Positions 56,592 through 64,000 of a DNA stretch of 64,000 bases are shown piece by piece. The first letter of the stretch is position 1, and every line of letters begins with the position of its first letter. The position numbers and the translations under genes were made by a program. The notes beneath the pieces are model-generated. The model worked only from the letters and a program-made list of their open reading frames with translations, had not been told where the DNA came from and made no database searches. The stretch is from Octopus vulgaris (Eukaryota), in the NCBI GenBank assembly GCA_951406725.2, contig OX597816.1, positions 92,380,001 through 92,444,000 of the forward strand, given 5' to 3'.

Positions 56592-58438
56592 ATCTGTATA
56601 TATAAAAGGCAGGATCTGTGTGTGTGTGTACGTACGTGAACGTAATTTATGCACGTCCACAGATTAGCACGCATACCGCTCCAATTTTAGGAGAATATTC
56701 ACCACGACGCTAGCTGTATTTTCGTCAAATTATTTTCCCCGAAGCACCCGCGGGTAGCAGTAAAAATCGATTTTCAACCTTAACTTTTACCAATTTTGAA
56801 GTTTGCTAGCATGAGTTAAGTCCCTTTTTGCCATAGCGAAGTGAAAATGTGTGTGTGAGGGAGAGAGAAGTTGTGTGTAGATGTATATGCGTGTGTGTGA
56901 GGGGGAGAGAGAGAGTAGTGACAGCGTTCACCAAAAATAAAAATATAAAATGTTTTTTTTAAACCCTGCGATGTCTTTACAGGGGATCATTCCACAAGGT
57001 AAAGAGAAATTATTAGAGGGATCAAGCCGAGTGGGTATAGAGGCAATTATGTAGATAAACAAATTAGACTCATCAAGTATATTAGATATATTAAATACAT
57101 CAAATGCAGAATTTGTATATATGTATTACATACAAAACGAGAGAATATAAAAGGCGGAAACGTTTAATGATGAATTTTTAAGAATAGACAGTTGTTTATA
57201 TTAATACATTCAACACACAAAATACAAACTTTTGTACTCTGTCATTTGCACACTGTGTAAGCTGGACCTATGAATATAAATATCTATATATTTATAATTA
57301 AAAATTCATCATCTGAAAGTTTCCGCCTTTTGTTTTTTCTCTTTTTGCATGAAATACATATATACATATTTTGTATTTGATGTATTTGGTATTTTTGATG
57401 TGTCTAATTTATTTATCCACATAATCACTTTTTTTAATGAGCAACGAAAACTTTTGGTGGGACATATGACATGTGTTGGTAAGGGAATCGTGAGAGCTTA
57501 TTCCCTCTCATGTTCTTTCCTGATTATAATAAACTGCGTAGAAAAATTTCCTAATGCTTAATATTCGAATGTTCTTAATAAAAACAAGTTGTAGAACGTT
57601 TTTTTCTGAACTGAATATATATATTTGCTTTGACACAAGATCTAGTGTGTTTTCTCATGGCTCTCATAATATAGAGAGGGTAATTAATATCTGTATTTTA
57701 TTTCAATACTTAAAGACTATAAAGGAAGGTTAGTGCATTTGGTCGAGCTTAGGACGAACAGAGTAAACACCTCGCTTTTAGTTAAGTGCCGAAGTCATGC
57801 CGTTTCATTTAAGCGAGTAATACTCTTGTGAGAAGTATTATTCACCCTTCCAAATCTAGGATGTAGTATATAATGAAGAAAGAAACAATATTAATGAAGC
57901 TGTATCTTTCAACTGATAAATTGCTCTGGTAAATTGATGCTAAAAATAAAGATCCGTTAATTGATTAATTATTTCCGTCTCTTTAAGTTTTATAACTTCC
58001 TAAGCCATAGTTTAATAACGTCTTAGATCAAATATAAAGTAACTGAGAATCTTAAATCATTGCTGCGATTGTATAATCTTCCCAGTGTTTAAATGTGTAG
58101 ATACAGAGATATAAAATACTTACACACGGTAGTGCCAGAATTATTTGAATACAAAATCATTAGTCATGATGTATTATTTAAAATTGTAGATGATTATACA
58201 CTCACACGCATGAATAACAAATTATGTTACAATCTACAACTATATATACAACACATACACTCACACACATGAAAATATACTTGCATATATATATATATAT
58301 ATATATCAGCATACATATATATATATGTATTTCAGCATAAAATCGAAGCCTAGGACATCATTCTATAATTGAATTACCGTTCAAGTACTTGGCGACTTGT
58401 GTCTCAGAAATTCAGAATGGGATGGACATATCTATCTG

Positions 58439-58525
<87 letters not shown>

Positions 58526-59018
58526 GTCTGTCTGTCTGTCTGTCTGTCTCTCGGTATATATACATACATATATGCGCGCGACGCAAGTATATACGTATGT
58601 GTGCATTTAACTTCAAACGGCTTTTATTACCATGTGTTGTTTCGTTTACATACTTTTCTATATCGGTCTAAAATTGAATTTACACTATTCTATGGAGTAT
58701 GTTGCTAAACTATACATGAAATATTTTCGTTATATTTCCGGAACCTTTGTCTCTATTACAATTTATTAAAGCTAGCATCTGAGTTTGAATTAATCATTAT
58801 GTTAATATCGAAGACGCAGCGCAATCTGTACAAAGACTTGATTTGGGGTTGTTCATTATATATTCTGATGCTAAATTATGGTAGTATTAGGCTACTCGAA
58901 AGCAATTATCTGTATTGTTTTTGCGTTTGCACTATTATTTGTGCGCCTGCTATTGATGACGTCACATGTATGCAAAATTATAGATCCATATGTGCCAGAA
59001 AGATGTATGCATGTCCAT

Positions 59019-59057
<39 letters not shown>

Positions 59058-59061
<4 letters not shown>

Positions 59062-59377
59062 AATATATGAATGAATGGAGTTGAACGACGAATTATCAAA
59101 ATTCCTTTATTTTCGACATATGTTTCGAAGGCTGCATATTCCTAATTGCGAAGGAATAAGGAGTATATTATGCCGCTTTCTCATCAGGAAAAGCAAGGAA
59201 CTTATGTCAACATCAAGATGCACAAAAAACTTTTAGATGACTGCTCACACGGAGCCCATAGCGATATTATACTCCTTATTCCTTCGCAATTAGGAATATG
59301 CAGCCTTCGAAACATATGTCGAAAATAAAGGAATTTTGTTAATTCGTCGTTCAACTCCATTCTTTCATATATTTATA
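59058..59377. mobile_element. PLE-like terminal repeat with inverted partial duplication (family C)
   Basis: ~105-bp nearly perfect inverted arms (59058-59167, 59266-59377) around a ~100-bp spacer; left arm plus part of the spacer forms a hammerhead on the minus strand. Confidence 0.8.
59110..59192 (-). ncRNA. type I hammerhead ribozyme motif, family C, GUC cleavage triplet
   Basis: TTTTC-CTGATGA-GAAAGCGGCATA...TATGCAGCCTTC-GAAA-CATATG-TC-GAAAA: canonical core, stem I TTTTC/GAAAA, 10/12-bp stem II, palindromic ACATATGT stem III. Confidence 0.75.
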
Positions 59378-59510
59378 TTTAAAAAAAAACCATACAAATT
59401 TCCACACGAAAGCACGTAACTTCAAACGTGTCTTCTCTGATGTGAATTTGCTACCCAGGTATCGGTTAACCGAATTATCCATAACAAGATAATTCATTCT
59501 ACTACTGAAA

Positions 59511-59582
<72 letters not shown>

Positions 59583-59587
59583 CGCAT

Positions 59588-59618
<31 letters not shown>

Positions 59619-59744
59619 CATACAATCATACATACATACATACATGCATACATACATACATAAGACCTTCGACTTGCTAATGTTCTACAGAACATAGACT
59701 AAACCGTAGCTGATCTGACTTCCTCTTGGGACACCATCTTGAAT

Positions 59745-61175
59745 GATTGTATTATTACTGATAAAATATAGCATCGCAGAAGTATATTCCAAGAGAACAG
59801 TATCTCTCTAATACTATTCATACTTTCAGTAAAGCCCCTGTCATTCATGTTAGTGAAGACTCAACGATGTATTACTGGTTCACAATGAAACAGAAATATC
59901 AAAATTACATACTGTTTCTTTGTGGATGACTTTAAACTATATGTCAAGAGTATCCATGAGATGGAAAAGAGGCTTAACTTGGCTACATTTTCAAATGATA
60001 CAGGGCTGAAGTTTGGTCAGTATAAATGTTACTATATGGTTGCGGAAAGAGGGAAAACTGTAAAGCAGACTAGCAGTACTTCCATCAATGACTTAAGGTG
60101 ATGAAGAATGATACAGGTACCAAGGGGTAGTTGAAAGTATATCTTACAATAGTACTTCACTAAAGAATATTACATCCGGATAAGGAAAATACGGACCTCG
60201 GAACTCTCTGCATTCAATAAAACAATGGTGCACAATATGTTTGCAGTACCCGTACTCATACCAACCTTTGGGCAACTTGATTGGAGGCTTGATGAGACCC
60301 AAGTCAATGATATGAAAACCTAGAAGATACTGACCAGCATGTGATTTTCACATCAACAGCGACGTAGTTCGTATCTACCTAAAACGAAAACAAGGAAGCA
60401 GGGGCTTAATATTGATCCAGACTGGATTTGAATGTAACATCTTGGCAACATCTTTTAATCACCAAGTATCCCTTGACCAAATTTGCATACATACGACAGA
60501 TGACATCATGAAACTGGGAAAGCAGCTCCTCGTGTAATATTCCTTGTTTAATAAACTTGAATACATGCCCAGAGGAGTCAGATGACTCTACAGTAACGTA
60601 TCATCAAATGATAAAATAAGCGTATATCAGCATAAGAGCGTGCACGGATATGTTGGCAGAAAACTCCGGGATGATAGTAACATTGATAATCAAAGGAGTC
60701 TATCATGGAACAGCAACTGGGTTACAACTTACTTTGAAAGGTATGCGTTTGTAATCCACGAATAGGAAATATCAGCTAAATACCTGATGCACAAAAAGGA
60801 CAGAAACGCAGGAAAAGCAGCAAAATGTGATAAGCGATGCAGACTCGGAGGAGATATTACCCACATCATAAAGAGTTGTTCAAACGTGTTATCGTGGTAT
60901 TATCTGCCGATGCGAAGCGGCCTTGTAGCCTTGACACTGTATAATAAGAAACATCCGTCGGAAGGATAATACTAAGGCCGGATATAATAACCCACTGCAT
61001 GGTAGAGGCCATATCCACTCGTAATATGAAAGAGTACTGGTGGACTGTCTCAGTGAAAACCTCAATGAAAACTAAATATAATAGACCATGTATAGTGATT
61101 TGGGACAAAGAAGAAAAACTGTGTACCATAGTGGAAATCAGCTGCCCAGCAGATTTTATCATAAAGCTAAAGTTC
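59745..61175 (+). mobile_element. old R4/Dong-type (RLE) LINE remnant: RT, zinc knuckle, endonuclease
   Basis: Fragments HCFFVDDFKLY, GLKFGQYKC, IRKIRTSELSAFNKTMVHNMFAVPVLIPTFG.LDW, CDKRCRL..DITHIIKSC, NRPCIVIWDKEEKLCTIVEISCP; many stops and frameshifts. Confidence 0.8.
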
Positions 61176-61219
61176 AGGTTTATAACTGTAATATTTATGG
61201 GGGGGGGGGGCTGGGTTAT

Positions 61220-61259
<40 letters not shown>

Positions 61260-61261
61260 TA

Positions 61262-61783
61262 GGCTTCTGATCTTAACTGATTGGAAGTGTTATCATGTAC
61301 ATTGTTTTGTCTTGGTATAAAAGATGGGCTACAGCAAATATTCTGCTCAATACCACAGATTTGCTTGTCAGTTGTTTGACCTTAACCAGTTGAGCATGTC
61401 CCTTAGTGGCTGACGATATGTGCATCTCTGATCACGAGCAGAAGTAGTGGGGGAGCATCATAGCCATGTGTTGAGAGGGATTCTTTGGGGTTTGAATAAT
61501 TCACCTCTGGAAACATGGGTGGTTCTTTCAACATCCTTAAACAACCCTTATTCAGGGACCTTTTGAGCGGGATGGGCTACTCAACCTGAAGAAAATTCTA
61601 ACTGGGTCCCACCTGCAAGGTCATGTGCTGTTTATCTTGATATGAGATCACCATGTCGCGCACATATGGTTGTGATGCATGTGCCTGGTGTACCTTTATC
61701 AGACGGGTAGTCATGATGGGTATATTGGGTTTCGTATATTTTACCCCAGTGTCACTTTGTTGGCATGCACTGCTCTCTCACTC
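61262..61783 (+). mobile_element. ~520-bp (AAT)n-associated non-coding retroelement, copy 2
   Basis: Near-identical to 9916-10437; between (AAT)n tracts 61221-61260 and 61784-61912. Confidence 0.75.
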
Positions 61784-61945
<162 letters not shown>

Positions 61946-62716
61946 GAGAGAGAGGTGTGTGTGTGTCTATGTGTGTGTGCGCGCGTGTGCGTGTGTATCT
62001 ATATCATAATGGAGAAAACTGCTTATTAATTGTGTAACAGTTACTAAAAGAATGCAATTAATTAAGGCTTGACCGTCTAGAAATTTTTTGATAAATTCAT
62101 GTACCAAGAAATTTCCTGTAATTTAGATTTCTGAATTTTATTGAATATTTGAACTACAAGTTTTTCACAAATTTGAATATTCGTTGCATTCACTGCGGAG
62201 TAGATTTTAAAGTTTAATAAACAATATTAATTCTTTGCAGGCGAAATTTTCCGTTTTCATTTGCAATAGTCTTTCATTACCTCCCGCACACTTCGTTAAT
62301 TTCCGTCAAATCTTTTTTATTTACTTTTTGTACGCCGTGTTCAGCTCTATGTATTTGTAGTTTGTCACACACGCACATGTGTTTTTGTATATACGCTTGT
62401 ATACACGTACGTATGTGTATGTGTTTCTGTGTGCGTGTGTGTGAAAGAGAGAGAGTGAAGTTTAAATGGTACTCACTCTCACTCTCTAGCTCTCTCTCTC
62501 TCACACACACATACGTCCATTTCATATACACATGCGAAAATAAAAAGTAAATAAATTAAAAAAAATTACGGAAATTAACGAACAAAACCAATTGTTTATT
62601 TTGACATTTCTGAGGGTTCAACCAAAAGAATGCCGGTAGTTTTTAACGAGCTTTTATTTATATGATATTTTAAATTCATGTTTATTTCATTCATTGTTTG
62701 CAATGTTCCCTCACAT

Positions 62717-62755
<39 letters not shown>

Positions 62756-63194
62756 GTAATATAAACACACAAACTCCAGGTTTGACTGGCAGAAAATCGC
62801 CCGGATGTCTCAGGGAAGTTGACTACGTACAATGTCCTGGAGGTCTAAATCAGGAAAATTTAGAATATAAAGATACTCATGGTTATTAAAGCGGTAACAA
62901 CCATTAACAAGGGAAGAGAAAATTTCACTATCCCTATCTGATCCATGAGATCAAATTACTAAGAACAGCATCTTTCTTCTAGCACTCCAGGCACATAGTT
63001 TGGACCCGGTTCTATAGAATATAGAGCAGGAACTACAAAAAGAACAACTGCTGCAACAACAATAACAATGTTTCTAAATTTGCGACAAGCTCAGTAGTTT
63101 TGAGGTGAGTTTTAGCTGGTACCATTCAATGTAAGTTGATTTTGGTGTGATTTGAAACAAACACGTAAAGACCTGGAAGAAAGCCTGCATTACG

Positions 63195-63452
63195 TTTTGT
63201 CCCACTGAAGAATTGAATTAATTATGGGAAGTAGGCTCAATGGAAAATACAAAGTCAGGGAAATATACACGTGGGCTATTTCCGTAATGTGATATGGCGC
63301 ACGTGCTGTTTGGTGGACAAAGAACGAGCTTGAGGAAATGGAGAAGAAAACCAGAAACGTGATGACAATTAACATGGAACTGCACCCCAAAAGCTATATT
63401 GACAGTTTAGGCTTCATATGTTGCAAGATTTGTGTCGTCAACGAGAAGAACA
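63195..63452 (+). mobile_element. old R4/Dong-type LINE fragment (post-RT region)
   Basis: WAISVM*YGA..VWWTKNELEEMEKKTRNVMTINMELHPKSYIDSL fits the R4/Dong thumb-region consensus. Confidence 0.65.
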
Positions 63453-63460
63453 GTATTGGA

Positions 63461-63549
63461 GTTAAGAGCGCAGGGTACTAACCCCAAAATTCCGAGTTCC
63501 AGGCAATGACCTGAATAATAATAATGATGATGATGATAATAATAATAAT

Positions 63550-63627
<78 letters not shown>
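63461..63627 (+). mobile_element. family A element head + (AAT)n tract (tail displaced beyond the window)
   Basis: GTTAAGAGCGC.GG.TACTAA...GAGTTC..AGGCA.TGACCTG(AAT)n matches the head at 8765-8699. Confidence 0.7.
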
Positions 63628-63630
<3 letters not shown>

Positions 63631-64000
63631 AAAGATTTGCCTGAAATAAAAGAAAAGCTGAAGCAAGATATCCTTGCCAAAGAACAAAGGATCCGCCGGT
63701 ACAAGAAACGCCAACGCTTCTTTGAAGAAAACAAAAAGTTCAACTCCAACCCCAAAAAGTTCTACCAAGAACTGGGCAAAAATAAAATAGAAGTCACTGC
63801 AGCACCAACGGCAGAAGAATTGGAAGAATTCTGGAGAGAAATATGGTCGGCGAACGAACCACCAAAAAAAAAGGAGTATCAAAATAACAAACTCGGCATC
63901 TGAACAAATTTGGACCCCCATAACAACTGAAGAGGTCACCCAGGCACTGCAAAGACTAAGCAACTGGAAGGCACCTGGGCATGACAAGATCCCCAACTTC
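63628..64000 (+). mobile_element. 5'-truncated R4/Dong-type LINE inserted in (AAT)n, runs off the window
   Basis: EKLKQDILAKEQRIRRYKKRQRFFEENKKFNSNPKKFYQELG...EEFWREIW, then after a frameshift ITTEEVTQALQRLSNWKAPGHDKIPNF (start of RT region). Confidence 0.85.

Noticed and set aside
56590-57040. Possible Helitron-like element starting ATCTGTATATATAAAAGGCAGG
   Set aside because: No clear 3' hairpin/CTRR end and no second copy in the window.
63478-63996. 172-aa minus-strand ORF (longest in the window)
   Set aside because: Antisense of the Dong-type LINE plus (ATT)n read-through.

Overview
AT-rich, microsatellite-dense eukaryotic DNA; the repeat content resembles a cephalopod (Octopus-type) genome, which is an inference. 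I can support no intact host gene, and almost all listed ORFs are microsatellite read-throughs or decayed transposon fragments. Mobile elements present: a full-length dead mariner, a second mariner remnant, an Academ-like (XPG/H3TH + Cys-rich) DNA transposon remnant, hAT- and Tigger-like MITEs, R4/Dong-type RLE LINE fragments in (AAT)n tracts, an L1/Tx1-like fragment and several tRNA-derived SINE families. The most striking signal is three families of short non-coding repeats carrying minimal type I hammerhead-ribozyme folds of the kind known from Penelope-like elements (PLEs). One family has a tRNA-like A/B-box head, an internal (AAT)n tract and a hammerhead tail. At two loci (8.3-10.6 kb, 41.3-41.8 kb) it sits as a head-to-head inverted pair bracketed by one target-site duplication, and its (AAT)n tract is repeatedly colonised by Dong-type retroelements.
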